Assembly: GCA_965248755.1 (NCBI GenBank)
Contig: OZ252149.1
Location: 1,920,001-1,984,000 of the forward strand
DNA from: Candidatus Latescibacterota bacterium
GTDB taxonomy: Bacteria; Latescibacterota; CBDEFO01
Reading direction: 5' to 3'
DNA length: 64,000 nt
In this document: positions 51,555 through 61,383 of the stretch, one piece after another
Layout: each line of letters opens with the position of its first letter
Position numbering within the stretch: the first letter of the stretch is position 1
Made by a program: the position numbers and the translations under genes
Notes under the pieces: model-generated
Databases searched by the model: none
The model's input: only the letters and a program-made list of their open reading frames with translations
What the model was told of the DNA's origin: nothing

Positions 51555-52610
51555 ATGAAACTATCCCACTCAGCACTCTACGCTATCCAAGGTGTCCTTT
51601 ATCTGGCCCAGAAGAAGGATCGCGACCTGATAACGACCCACGAGATCAGCGAAAGCTACAGTATTTCTGAGATTCACCTGGCAAAGATATTCCAAGTCCT
51701 TGCCCGAAGGGGCCTTTTGCGTTCCAGCCGTGGTCGCTCTGGAGGATTCGGACTGGCCCGTCCACCGAACCAGATCACCATGCTGGAGGTCATCGAGGCG
51801 GTGGAGGGCTCATTTGTCAACTATGCTCAGATGACCTGTTCAGATCAGTTCCATTGTGAGAAAGACCAAAGTTCGAGACAGATGGATACTTCCGATGCCT
51901 TTGAGGAGCCGACGGCGGAGTGCCAGCCCTTTGGCTCTCTGACGGTAGGTGACTGTGCCGGGACGCCGTCGGTCACCTCCCTTTTGATAAAGGGTCAACA
52001 GAAGATGCTCGACACCTGGAGGCAGGCGACCTTCGACCGCCTGGTCGAGCTAGACTCGAGCCTGCGCACCGAATCGCGGCGCCGTGCGGAGAACCGATCG
52101 CGCATCGGACGGATCTTTGACCTCGCTATTCAGGTTGAGCTGAAGGCATCGGCCATCTACCTTGCCCTGCACACGCAGTTCTGGCAGAACCCAGAGCTTG
52201 CCTACATCTGGTATAACCTTTCTCTGGAGGAGAAGGGACACGCCAGTTGGTTGGAGATGGAACGTAACCTGTTCCATGATCAATCACCCAACGTGGCGGT
52301 GGAGGAGCCTCCCCAGGGGTATTCGGAGGACCAGCTTCTGCAGCTTCTGAACAAGATAGCGCGCATCCAGGACGAAGTCAACCGGCGGGAGGTATCCAAG
52401 TCGCGCAGCTTCGAGATCTTTCAGGAGATCGAGTCGGACATTTCTGAGAAGAACTACCCGAGAGTGCTTACTGGCTATGACGAGGTGATAGGTTCGCTGC
52501 TGAAGAGTCCATTTGCGGAGGAGTCACAGTTCCATTGTCTGATGGAGCAGCATGCTCAGGAACTTACCAGTGAGTCCGATGTATCCGTGCCCAAGTCGCG
52601 TAACGCGTAA
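51555..52610 (+). CDS. Rrf2-family regulator fused to a ferritin/rubrerythrin-like domain
   Basis: HLAKIFQVLARRGLLRSSRGRSGGFGLARPP..I...EVIEAVEG; Cys-rich linker; AIQVE..A..IY...LSLEEKGHA. Confidence 0.8.
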   Translation: MKLSHSALYAIQGVLYLAQKKDRDLITTHEISESYSISEIHLAKIFQVLARRGLLRSSRGRSGGFGLARPPNQITMLEVIEAVEGSFVNYAQMTCSDQFHCEKDQSSRQMDTSDAFEEPTAECQPFGSLTVGDCAGTPSVTSLLIKGQQKMLDTWRQATFDRLVELDSSLRTESRRRAENRSRIGRIFDLAIQVELKASAIYLALHTQFWQNPELAYIWYNLSLEEKGHASWLEMERNLFHDQSPNVAVEEPPQGYSEDQLLQLLNKIARIQDEVNRREVSKSRSFEIFQEIESDISEKNYPRVLTGYDEVIGSLLKSPFAEESQFHCLMEQHAQELTSESDVSVPKSRNA

Positions 52611-52779
52611 TTGATATGAAGCCAGTGCGCGACCTCTAGGTAGCGGATTCTGGAATTTGTCATTATGGATATGAGCCTCAACGGTTGCCGTCTTTTCCTT
52701 TTGTCATGTTGATCGGTAGCCCCAAACAGTGGGTTAGCCTCTGCTAGGCCAAAAAGGTTTAATTAGTGTGTCCACAAAA

Positions 52780-52803
52780 CAGAAAAACAGGGTTATATTT
52801 CTG
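52780..52803 (+). promoter_or_regulatory. Second copy of the candidate Rrf2 operator
   Basis: CAGAAAA-ACAGGGTTAT-ATTTCTG upstream of the FTR1 gene. Confidence 0.6.
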
Positions 52804-52837
52804 CTTAAACACGCTGTAATTACCAGGAGTGATAAAG

Positions 52838-54243
52838 ATGTTCGAGGCCTTTGTGATCGGGTTAAGAGAGGGCGTTGAGATAGCCCTCGTTATCGGTATT
52901 ATCCTGGTGGTGCTCAAGCGCACATCGCGCCGTGATCTGGCGCCTTCGGTATTCTGGGGGTTAGGTTCGGCGATTCTTGCCAGTATCGGTGCGGCCATAG
53001 CACTTAATGTCCTGCCTATCAATGAAGAGGCCTACGAAGGTGTAATGTACTGGGTCTCGGCCCTCTTTGTCGCCTCGATGATGTGGTGGATGCACCGTAA
53101 ATCGAGGACGCTTCGTTTGGATATCGAAGCAAGGGTCGAGCGGTTGGTTGGGAGTAAGAAGGGGGCATGGGCTCTGGGGGCATTCGTGTTCCTCATGGCA
53201 TTTCGCGAAGGCGCAGAGATAGTAATGTTCCTGAGTGCGGACCATCTCACTACGGATTCCCTGCTGGTTTTTATCGGCTCGATCCTGGGGATTGCTACTG
53301 CGGTGGTGTTTTGCGTCATGTTTGTGCGCGGCAGCCTGCAGGTTAACCTGCGACGGTTTTTCGTCGTTACCGAATGGGTACTTGCTATCTTCGTCGTGCA
53401 ATTGTTGGTCAATGGATACCACGAGTTCGCTGAAGCCGGTATTGTGCCGACTACGCAGAAAAGTATGGCCTTGGTAGGGCTAATCGTGAGAAATAATTCG
53501 CTTTTCATCCTGGCCATCGTGGGAATTCCGCTTTTCATCTGGCTGAGCGGGAAACACGAGTCAGCAAAGCCTACCGAGGGGGTACCAGCTGCGGAAAAGC
53601 GGTTACTGGGGGCCAGGGCTAGGCGAGAGTGGGCTTACCGATATGGAGCTGTTGCCAGTATTCTAGTAGTGCTTGCTGTTGTGGGTATCGTCTATGCCCA
53701 GGAACTGATGCCCAAGGAGGTACCACTGCCCGAATTCGTATCGCGTGAAGGTGATGCGGTGGTTGTACCTCTGGAGAAGTTTGACGATGGTAGGCTGCAC
53801 CATCTGGGTTTCATCACCAGCGGACGTATGGTGCGGTTTCTGGCACTGAAGACCTCTGACGGCAAGTGTACCGTGCAGCGCTCGAAGCCTGCGGGATCTG
53901 TGGCTCTTTCGGATACATTCAGGAAGGGGAGAATCTTCTTTGTCTCAATTGTGCTGCAACGATTAATCCCCTAACAGTGGGTGTCCCTGGTGGATGCAAC
54001 CCCATACCGCTGGAGTCCGAGATCACTGCAACACAGCTCTGCATCCGCGTAGAGGCACTGGAGAAGGCAGCTCCGATGTTTGTTGACCTGCTGGGGTTGG
54101 AGGAGATCGATCCGGTCTGTGGGATGTGGGTGAAGTTGAGCAACTCCTTGGGATTTGAGAACTTCAAGGGGAAGACTTACTACTTCTGCCGTGCAGAGTG
54201 TCTGCACACGTTCCAGGTCAACCCAGGTGCATATGCCAAATAA
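52838..54243 (+). pseudogene. FTR1 iron permease-DUF2318-YHS fusion, frameshifted near 53868
   Basis: LREGVE and FREGAE motifs; after the shift ACGIC..GY....LLCLNC...GGCNPIP; DPVCGM...YYFC..C. Confidence 0.85.
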
Positions 54244-54259
54244 GTGGAGGTGACGAGGA

Positions 54260-55543
54260 ATGCTCCTAAGGCTCCTAACCAATTCCCTGGCTCGCAGAGG
54301 ATCTCGCAAATTCCTTGCCATTGTCGCCATCTGGATCGGCATTAGCTTGGTGATTGCCCTCTTGGCACTCAATGTTGATGTAGGTGACAAGATGAGCCTG
54401 GAGCTTCAGTCCTTCAGCTCCAATATCAAGATTGAGCCGGTAGTCGCATCGACTTCGGCTACAGTCGGCGGGCACGAGATCGCCTTCAAAACTACTTCGG
54501 CATATTTGCATGAAGATGATTTTGCCGAGCTCAAGGCTATCTTTTGGCGCAACAACATCCTGGGTATCTCGCCCCGCCTGTGGGCTCGCGGCCGAGTCAG
54601 AAGCGCGGATGTGCTTCTTCTTGGAGTGTGGTTCGATCATGTGATCCCTGTGAAGGAGGATGAGCCGTTCATCACCGGCGCAAAACAGATATATCCGCAC
54701 TGGCAGGTGGACGGTTCGTGGCCTCTGTATAAGGTAGGATCGCCTCCCCAATGTCTGATTGGTGCTGACTTAGCCCGGAGGCTTAATATCGCTGCGGGGG
54801 ACAAGATCGAGGTCAAGACGGCTCACGGGGCAGAGGCTTTTCTAGTATCGGGCATAGTAACAGGCGGAGAGCGTGAGGATGCAGCGATCATTGCTCCACT
54901 GGAGACCGTTCAGGTGCTGGCCGGAGTTCCCGGCAAGGTTTCCGAGGCTGACGTGAGCGCGCTTACGACACCGGAGAACAAACTGTCCAAGAAATATCGG
55001 CAGGATCCAAGCTCTCTGACCCCGTCTGATTACGAACGCTGGTCTTGCACGTCCTACCCGGGGTCAGTGGCTGCGGATATACAGACGGCGATTCCTGGCT
55101 CTGTGGCGCGCGTGGTGCGCAGGGTTTCTGAAACGCAAGGGGTAGTCCTCACGCGCATCGAAGGGTTAATGTTCCTCTTGGCAATCTTGACATTGGTGGT
55201 CTGCTGTTTGAGCATAACCGGCGTATTAGCCTCAGCGGTCCTGGAACGCCAGGGTGAAGTCGCCTTGATGCAGGCAATTGGAGCACATCGTGCAGACGTG
55301 CTCCTTCTGTTTTTGAGTGAGGCGAGCCTCCTCGGACTGATAGGGGGATTACTTGCCGCAGCAACCGGGTCCTTACTGGGACGATGGTTGGTGCAAGCCA
55401 TCTTTGGAAGCGCGTCGAATATTCACCTCGCGTTAGTCGTGTTTTCACCATTCTTGGGACTGCTTATTGCATGGGTGGGCAGCGTGTGGGCTGTCTGGCG
55501 TATGGTGAATCAGGACACAGTGATGGTGCTGTACGAGAACTGA
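54260..55543 (+). CDS. MacB/FtsX-type ABC permease (Fet/P19-cluster type)
   Basis: FWRNNILGISP, W.VDGSWP, YERWSCTSY and ERQGEVALMQAIGA. Confidence 0.88.
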   Translation: MLLRLLTNSLARRGSRKFLAIVAIWIGISLVIALLALNVDVGDKMSLELQSFSSNIKIEPVVASTSATVGGHEIAFKTTSAYLHEDDFAELKAIFWRNNILGISPRLWARGRVRSADVLLLGVWFDHVIPVKEDEPFITGAKQIYPHWQVDGSWPLYKVGSPPQCLIGADLARRLNIAAGDKIEVKTAHGAEAFLVSGIVTGGEREDAAIIAPLETVQVLAGVPGKVSEADVSALTTPENKLSKKYRQDPSSLTPSDYERWSCTSYPGSVAADIQTAIPGSVARVVRRVSETQGVVLTRIEGLMFLLAILTLVVCCLSITGVLASAVLERQGEVALMQAIGAHRADVLLLFLSEASLLGLIGGLLAAATGSLLGRWLVQAIFGSASNIHLALVVFSPFLGLLIAWVGSVWAVWRMVNQDTVMVLYEN

Positions 55544-55553
55544 GGAGCGGAAG

Positions 55554-56675
55554 ATGCTTGGCAAGATGGTCCGAAAATCGTTGCTCAAGAGCGTCCCCAT
55601 CAATGTTTGGACGCTGGCAACGCTGACTATGTGTGCAGCGATGGTGGCTATGTTTACCACTATCTACGTCGATGTAGAAAGGAAAATTAGCCATTCGCTG
55701 CGTCGTCTGGGAGCGAACGCGGTCGTCCACTGGGAAGAGGAATCTCCGAAATCCATGCGCAAGACAGCGATTACGAGGGACATACCTAATTGGCCGGTGG
55801 TAGATAAATTGGCGAATGCAGTCGGCGCCGATGTGCTGATGCTTCGAGTACACGTCGGGACTGTCACAGACAAGCCACTGGTGGTGGTCTCAACAGATCC
55901 AGCTACACTTGTCCTAATGACTCCGTACTGGGCGGTGAGTGGAAAGCGTGCCACTGCACCTGGGGAGTGTTTGGTAGGTAAGCGTCTCGCCAGCTCCTTG
56001 AACATCAAGACGGGGACGGTGGTAACGGTGCAGTGGACAACGCCTCAGATGACCAGCGATCTGCAAGTTGTTGGTATCTTCGAATCTGGAGATGAAGATG
56101 AGGATCGGATCTTCACGAACTCTCTTTCCTCCACGGCACAGCCGTCGTTGACCTATGCCCTTCTTTCAGTGCCCGGAGGAGAGCAGGGGATCCGCCTTTT
56201 GGACGAACAGTTGCGCGCTACGGGTTCCGGCGTAACAGTGAAGCCACTCAGGCATATCCTGCACGGTGAGCGAACAGTCCTTCAGAAGATAACGCTCCTG
56301 TCAAGTCTGACGACAATCGTCGTCTTGGTGTTGTCTTCGCTGGGTGTATCAGCCGCCACTCTGCCCCGTATAGTGGAACGCCGACGAGAACTGGCCTTGC
56401 TTCAGGCATTAGGTGCAGTGCGACGGTCAGTCGTGTTTTTCTTGCTGTACGAAAGCACAGTTATGGGCGCTGTCGCGGCTGTTGCTGGCTTTGTTCTTGG
56501 CACAATATTGGCCCAGGCAGTGGTTCAGCATGTGTTTCGTGTGTCAATCACTCCACATCTGGTAGCGTTTCTCGCCGCGCTCGCGGCCACTTTGGGTGTT
56601 GCACTCTTGGCAGGTGGTGTGGTTTCACGTCGTGCCCTGCATATAGAGCCTGCGATAGCGCTGGGAGGAGAATAA
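55554..56675 (+). CDS. MacB/FtsX-type ABC permease
   Basis: LRRLGANAVV, PYWAVSG, ERRRELALLQALGA and IEPAIALGGE. Confidence 0.88.
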   Translation: MLGKMVRKSLLKSVPINVWTLATLTMCAAMVAMFTTIYVDVERKISHSLRRLGANAVVHWEEESPKSMRKTAITRDIPNWPVVDKLANAVGADVLMLRVHVGTVTDKPLVVVSTDPATLVLMTPYWAVSGKRATAPGECLVGKRLASSLNIKTGTVVTVQWTTPQMTSDLQVVGIFESGDEDEDRIFTNSLSSTAQPSLTYALLSVPGGEQGIRLLDEQLRATGSGVTVKPLRHILHGERTVLQKITLLSSLTTIVVLVLSSLGVSAATLPRIVERRRELALLQALGAVRRSVVFFLLYESTVMGAVAAVAGFVLGTILAQAVVQHVFRVSITPHLVAFLAALAATLGVALLAGGVVSRRALHIEPAIALGGE

Positions 56676-57378
56676 TGGAAACACTGGCGATCATCTTGAA
56701 TGGAGTCAGCAAGATCTATCCTGTCGGGGTCCGTGCATTGGATGGGGTCAGCCTGAGCATCTCGCAGGGCGAATGTGTAGTCATCACGGGCCCGTCGGGG
56801 TCCGGCAAGACCACACTTTTGAACCTGCTCGATGGTCTTGATAGACCAACAAGCGGCTCTCTCGAGGTGCTGGGAGTAGATATCACCCGTTTGAGCTCAG
56901 ACGAGGCGGCGACGTTTCGGCGAGAACACATTGGGATGGTGTTTCAACAGTTCCATCTTATCCCCTACCTGACTGCACTGGAGAATGTGATGTTGGCACA
57001 GTACTACCACTCGATGGTGGATGAGGCGGAGGCCAGATGCGTCTTGGAATGCTTCGAAATGGTCCATCGTACCGACCACCTGCCTGCCCAGCTCTCCGTG
57101 GGTGAGCAGCAGCGTGTCTGCATTGCCCGTGCGCTGATCAACGATCCGAAATCATTTTGGCTGACGAGCCGACCGGGAATCTGGATGAGACCAATGAGGA
57201 GAAAGTGCTGGAGATCTTTCGCAGGTTGCACAGAGACGGAAAGACGCTCGTCGTTGTGACCCACAACAGGGCACTGGCGTGTGTGGCTGAGAGAACAATC
57301 TTGCTGCGGCATGGGCGAGTCGTAAGGGATAGCCACAGAGCGGGGAGTGCAGAGCTATTGTCTTCACCGGGGTCCTGA
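56675..57378 (+). pseudogene. LolD/MacB-type ABC ATPase, frameshifted near 57150
   Basis: GPSGSGKT and LSVGEQQR; Walker B (I)ILADEPTGNLD is restored by adding one A. Confidence 0.88.
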
Positions 57379-57537
57379 GCTGGTTCGAATGATGGCTTAT
57401 GTCCGGGAGTTCATTCTGTTTACTGGTCTACGATAATCTGCTCTATAAGGAACAGAACGTTGAAAGGAAGCTAAAGAGATCCTAACGCCTAAAAGAAAAC
57501 GGATGGCCCTATCAAACCGATTCGGGAAGCGATCAAC

Positions 57538-58069
57538 ATGTTAGAAGAGGTCTGGAAAAGCTTCAACAAGAACAAGATCACCCACAGCGCGGTGCATCAT
57601 CTAATGTCAATTATGGAACTGACTTAGGAGCATGGATACGCCCGCGTATCAGACATTGCCAGGAATTTAGACATCACAAGGGGGAGTGTATCAGTTACTC
57701 TCAGACCACTAAAGGAGAGGGGATACATACTTGAAGACCGAAATAAATTCCTTCTCCTTTCGTCTGAGGGGGAGGGGATCGCGCAGGCTGTTCAGTCCAA
57801 AAGAAAGATATTAATAAAATTCTTCAATGAGGTGCTAAAAGTGGACTCGATGCAGGCGGAGATAGATGCCTGCAAGGTGGAACATCTGATCAGCAGTCAA
57901 ACGGCTGAGAAACTTCTGAGCTTTTTACAATTTCTATTTGACAGGAACAAGGAGACTCAGGCATTCATTGGATGTGTTTTTAAAGCGTAAAGAACGCAAC
58001 GATATATGTGCTGATTTAGATCAATGTCCAGTGTGGGACGGGGGTGAATGTCTTATGCAACAGTTCTAA
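57538..58069 (+). pseudogene. DtxR/MntR-family metal-dependent repressor pseudogene (not in ORF track)
   Basis: ITHSAVHHLMSI.EL.*EHGYARVSDIARNL...GSVS...AEIDACKVEHLIS; TAG at 57625; Cys-rich tail after a frameshift near 57966. Confidence 0.85.
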
Positions 58070-58133
58070 TGAAGTTCTAATCGCAGCCGACGCTTACCAT
58101 TCATCTTTTACAAGATCAAAGGAGGTCATCAAA

Positions 58134-59294
58134 ATGCTTTTAACAAGGCGTATGGTATTGGCAGTATTATGCATCTTGGTTACTTACAGTGGCTTGACGT
58201 GGGCGGAGGAAGTTGAAAAGGAGCGTCCAACAGTGCCGGGAGGGATGTACGACAAACCCTATATACGGCGAGCCGGAAGGGGTGCTCTCCTGGGAGGATA
58301 CATGGACCACGAGTTCGAGTGGGCGGAAGACGGGGATAAGACCTTCGATCAGCACAGATTTATCCCCTTCATCTATTCGGAGATCACAGACCGCATCCAC
58401 GTATCTACAGAGATAGAGTACGAGCACGGAGGATTGGTAAAGGGAAAAGGGGAGACGGACGGCGAGATAAAGTTGGAGTTTGCCACCCTCGACTTTGCAA
58501 TAGCCGAATGGCTGAACTTCCGCGGCGGAGTCATATTGTCGCCACTTGGGAAATTCAACCTCATACACGACAGCCCGATAAACGATCTTACAGCCAGACC
58601 TATGGTTGACAGACAGATAATCCCTACGACCTTGAGCGAATCGGGCATGGGAATCTACGGGACGCTCTATCCAACCGAGCTTTCGCTTTTGGGCTATGAG
58701 ATATATGTAGTGAACGGTTTCAACCAAAGGATTATAAAGGGCACGGATACAAGGATCAGGAGCGGAAGGGGGAGTCAGAAGAAGGATAACAACGAGGATA
58801 AGGCGATTACAGCGAGAGTGAACTTCAGTCCGAAATTGGGCATAGATCTGGGGGCGTCGGTTCATACGGGAGATTACGATGATGAGGGCAAATACAATCT
58901 GACGATTTTTGCTCTGGACGGCGCATATACAAGAGGAGCTTTAGATCTTTTAGGCGAGTATGCAAGGGCGGAGATAGATGTAGACAAGGCTGACTTGCCA
59001 AACGCCGCAGAATCTCAGCAGGGATATTACCTTCAGGCAAGCTATCACTTTCTGCACGACGTCATCCTTCCCACCTCTGTCTTTACAGGCGTGGTCAGAT
59101 GGGACTCCGTAGATTTCGACGCGGATATAGATGGCGACGATCAGGAGCGCCTGACCTTGGGCTTAAATTTCAGACCTGTGGAGGATTCCGTCTTCAAGAT
59201 AGACTGGCAGTTCAATTGGAAAAGGGGCGAAAATAGCAGCACCCGGAGCAAGCCCCAAAACCGCTTCTTTTTCTCGATAGCTTCTTATTTTTAG
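58134..59294 (+). CDS. Outer-membrane porin (OprO/P-like beta-barrel)
   Basis: Signal peptide; EIEYEHGG, GKFNLIHDSP, RP.VDRQIIPTT, LGLNFRP..VFKID and terminal YF; GGAGG RBS. Confidence 0.8.
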   Translation: MLLTRRMVLAVLCILVTYSGLTWAEEVEKERPTVPGGMYDKPYIRRAGRGALLGGYMDHEFEWAEDGDKTFDQHRFIPFIYSEITDRIHVSTEIEYEHGGLVKGKGETDGEIKLEFATLDFAIAEWLNFRGGVILSPLGKFNLIHDSPINDLTARPMVDRQIIPTTLSESGMGIYGTLYPTELSLLGYEIYVVNGFNQRIIKGTDTRIRSGRGSQKKDNNEDKAITARVNFSPKLGIDLGASVHTGDYDDEGKYNLTIFALDGAYTRGALDLLGEYARAEIDVDKADLPNAAESQQGYYLQASYHFLHDVILPTSVFTGVVRWDSVDFDADIDGDDQERLTLGLNFRPVEDSVFKIDWQFNWKRGENSSTRSKPQNRFFFSIASYF

Positions 59295-59414
59295 ACAGGT
59301 TCTGTCCTCTTGGGGATTCGGTGCGGCTCTGAGTCTATGAGTGTAACATTATCTGTTCCTCCCTCTTGACTTGGAGCCTATCCGGATCCTTGTCAACAAC
59401 AAAGACAAAAAGGG

Positions 59415-60041
59415 ATGCCGATAAAGGAGACTAGCATCTTTAGTCTGAAGACTTTCCTGTATGCTGTAATAGTGAGCTTTCTCTGGGCATCCGTCTGGGC
59501 TCAACAGGAAAGACCGAGCGAAGAGGAGATAGGTTCTATCCAGGTCTATCTGACTCAGGAAGAAGCCTTAAATAAGATGTTCCCGAATGCCGACAGCGTC
59601 TCCCTAGAAGAACGCATTTTAAGCGATGAGGAGAAAAAGGAAATAGAGGAGCGTTTGGGATGGAGGTTAGAAAATAACGAATTCAAGGTCTATATCGGAT
59701 GGAAGGATGATAAGGTCGACGGCTATGCACTGATAACGAACCAGATAGGTATGTACAGACCGATTACCTTTATAGTTAAGGTCAATCCCAAAGGGAAAAT
59801 AGAGAATATGGCTATTATGGTGTATAGAGAATCCAGAGGAGGCGAAGTTAAAAGAAAGCGTTTTTTGCATCAGTTTTTCGGAAAAAGTTCTCAAAGAAAA
59901 ATCAGAATGAACAGGAATATCATCAATATCACAGGGGCTACTCTATCTGTAAGGGCTGTGATTGCTGGCACCAAGAGGGTCTTGACTATAATAGATGAGC
60001 TCTATCTTAGGGAGGACAATGGCACAAATAAGTACAGATAA
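59415..60041 (+). CDS. Secreted FMN-binding (flavinylation-substrate) domain protein
   Basis: YRESRGGEV...FL.QF.GK and the NITGATLS flavinylation motif. Confidence 0.85.
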   Translation: MPIKETSIFSLKTFLYAVIVSFLWASVWAQQERPSEEEIGSIQVYLTQEEALNKMFPNADSVSLEERILSDEEKKEIEERLGWRLENNEFKVYIGWKDDKVDGYALITNQIGMYRPITFIVKVNPKGKIENMAIMVYRESRGGEVKRKRFLHQFFGKSSQRKIRMNRNIINITGATLSVRAVIAGTKRVLTIIDELYLREDNGTNKYR

Positions 60042-60759
60042 ACCGATTAAGAGAGGCATGCCCGTCAGCAGATCTAATGGAGGCGTAAAAAGACTTAAGA
60101 ATATAACAAAGCAGGTTCATCGGTATATAGGAGCTTCAAGCGCTGTCTTTATATTTCTGCTATCTGTAAGCGGCTTACTTTTGCACTATCCTGGGCTTTT
60201 AGGAGGCGAAGCCGAAAAAATCCTTTCGATGGTTGTGGACCCCGAGGATTACACAAGGATGTTCAAAGGGACTAATATAGGATTGTACCTATCCCGGGAC
60301 GGTGGCGAAAGCTGGGACGAAGTCCCCATGATGCTTCCAGCTGAGAATGTAGTGGATATAGCCTTTGCGCCGGATGAGACGAATAGAATCTATGCGGCTA
60401 TGAGAGATTTCGGAGTAATACGATCAGATGACAGTGGGAGGATATGGGAGAACCTAAATCTGCCCCTTGTACCGGCTGCGGAGGGAGTTGAGATTAGAGG
60501 TCTGGCTTTAGGACCCAAAGGGACGATTTGGTTGAATACATCTCAGGGCGCTCTGTTGAGTTCAAACGCAGGCAAAACCTGGAATTGGGTGGAAAAGAAG
60601 TATAAATCAAATGGACTCTGGGATGTGGTCCATTCAATTCATACAGGCTATTTCTTCGGGAAGTGGTTTACTTACGTCTATGATGCTGCTGCTGTCGGAT
60701 TAGTCCTGCTTATAGGCACCGGCATGTATATCTGGCGAAAAACCAACGGCAGGAATTAG
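60019..60759 (+). CDS. PepSY-associated TM-helix protein with BNR/Asp-box insert
   Basis: HRYIG...SVSGLLLH; S.DGG.SW Asp-boxes; IHTGYFFG...TGMYIW. Confidence 0.8.
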   Translation: MAQISTDKPIKRGMPVSRSNGGVKRLKNITKQVHRYIGASSAVFIFLLSVSGLLLHYPGLLGGEAEKILSMVVDPEDYTRMFKGTNIGLYLSRDGGESWDEVPMMLPAENVVDIAFAPDETNRIYAAMRDFGVIRSDDSGRIWENLNLPLVPAAEGVEIRGLALGPKGTIWLNTSQGALLSSNAGKTWNWVEKKYKSNGLWDVVHSIHTGYFFGKWFTYVYDAAAVGLVLLIGTGMYIWRKTNGRN

Positions 60760-60785
60760 AAGGGACATCGAAAACTTATTCCTTA

Positions 60786-60974
60786 ATGGGTGATGATGTG
60801 TAAAATACCGCTGCACGTCTTGCCTCACATGCAGGATCGGGAGAGATCATTGTAAGTGAGGATACCTGCAATGCTGCCGCACTGGATATTGAGAGACTGG
60901 AGAAACGCCGACTTGAGCTGAAGGGACATAGTGAACCTGTAAATGCGCGTGTTATCCGTGTCAGACCTTCTTAA
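60786..60974 (+). pseudogene. Class III adenylate/guanylate cyclase C-terminal fragment
   Basis: GDD(V)NTAARLASHAGSGEIIVSE...LELKGHSEPV*. Confidence 0.75.
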
Positions 60975-60989
60975 ACTTGACCATGCTAC

Positions 60990-61140
60990 TACTGGCTATA
61001 AAAAATCAAATGCGGGATACTACAGGGTTCCGCGGGACGGTAAAGATAATAATGGAGAGAGTCTTGCAAGTGGTGTATATCTCTATCGGATGGAGACGGA
61101 TGGATTTGTGCAGATGAGGAAACTGATATTGATGAGGTAG
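60990..61140 (+). pseudogene. FlgD-Ig/T9SS-type C-terminal domain fragment
   Basis: AGYYRV..DGKDNNGESLASGVYLYRM....VQMRKLILMR*. Confidence 0.75.
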
Positions 61141-61185
61141 GTTCTAAACCCTTTTTCACAAAAGCTCGCAGAGTATCAAATATGC

Positions 61186-61217
61186 AGTCCGTCAGAAATG
61201 TCGGACTTTCTTCTTTT
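61186..61217 (+). terminator. Rho-independent terminator (paralog of 63396-63424)
   Basis: agtccgtca-GAAA-tgtcggact followed by a T-rich tail. Confidence 0.6.
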
Positions 61218-61383
61218 AAGGTCTTTTTCATGAGTTTTTATAGTTCCTATAAACAATATCACAAAGCACTTGAACCTCACTGTTGACAGTGTTATTATTC
61301 AGTAAAGCAATTCAGCATTACAACCACTTGATAACACGGAGGCTCATAGAGAAGGTAATACAACTGACAACAAAACGGCAAAT

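Noticed and set aside
57625..57627. In-frame TAG as pyrrolysine or stop-codon reassignment
   Set aside because: TAA and TGA lesions and frameshifts are also present, many intact genes end in TAG, and no pyl genes are seen.
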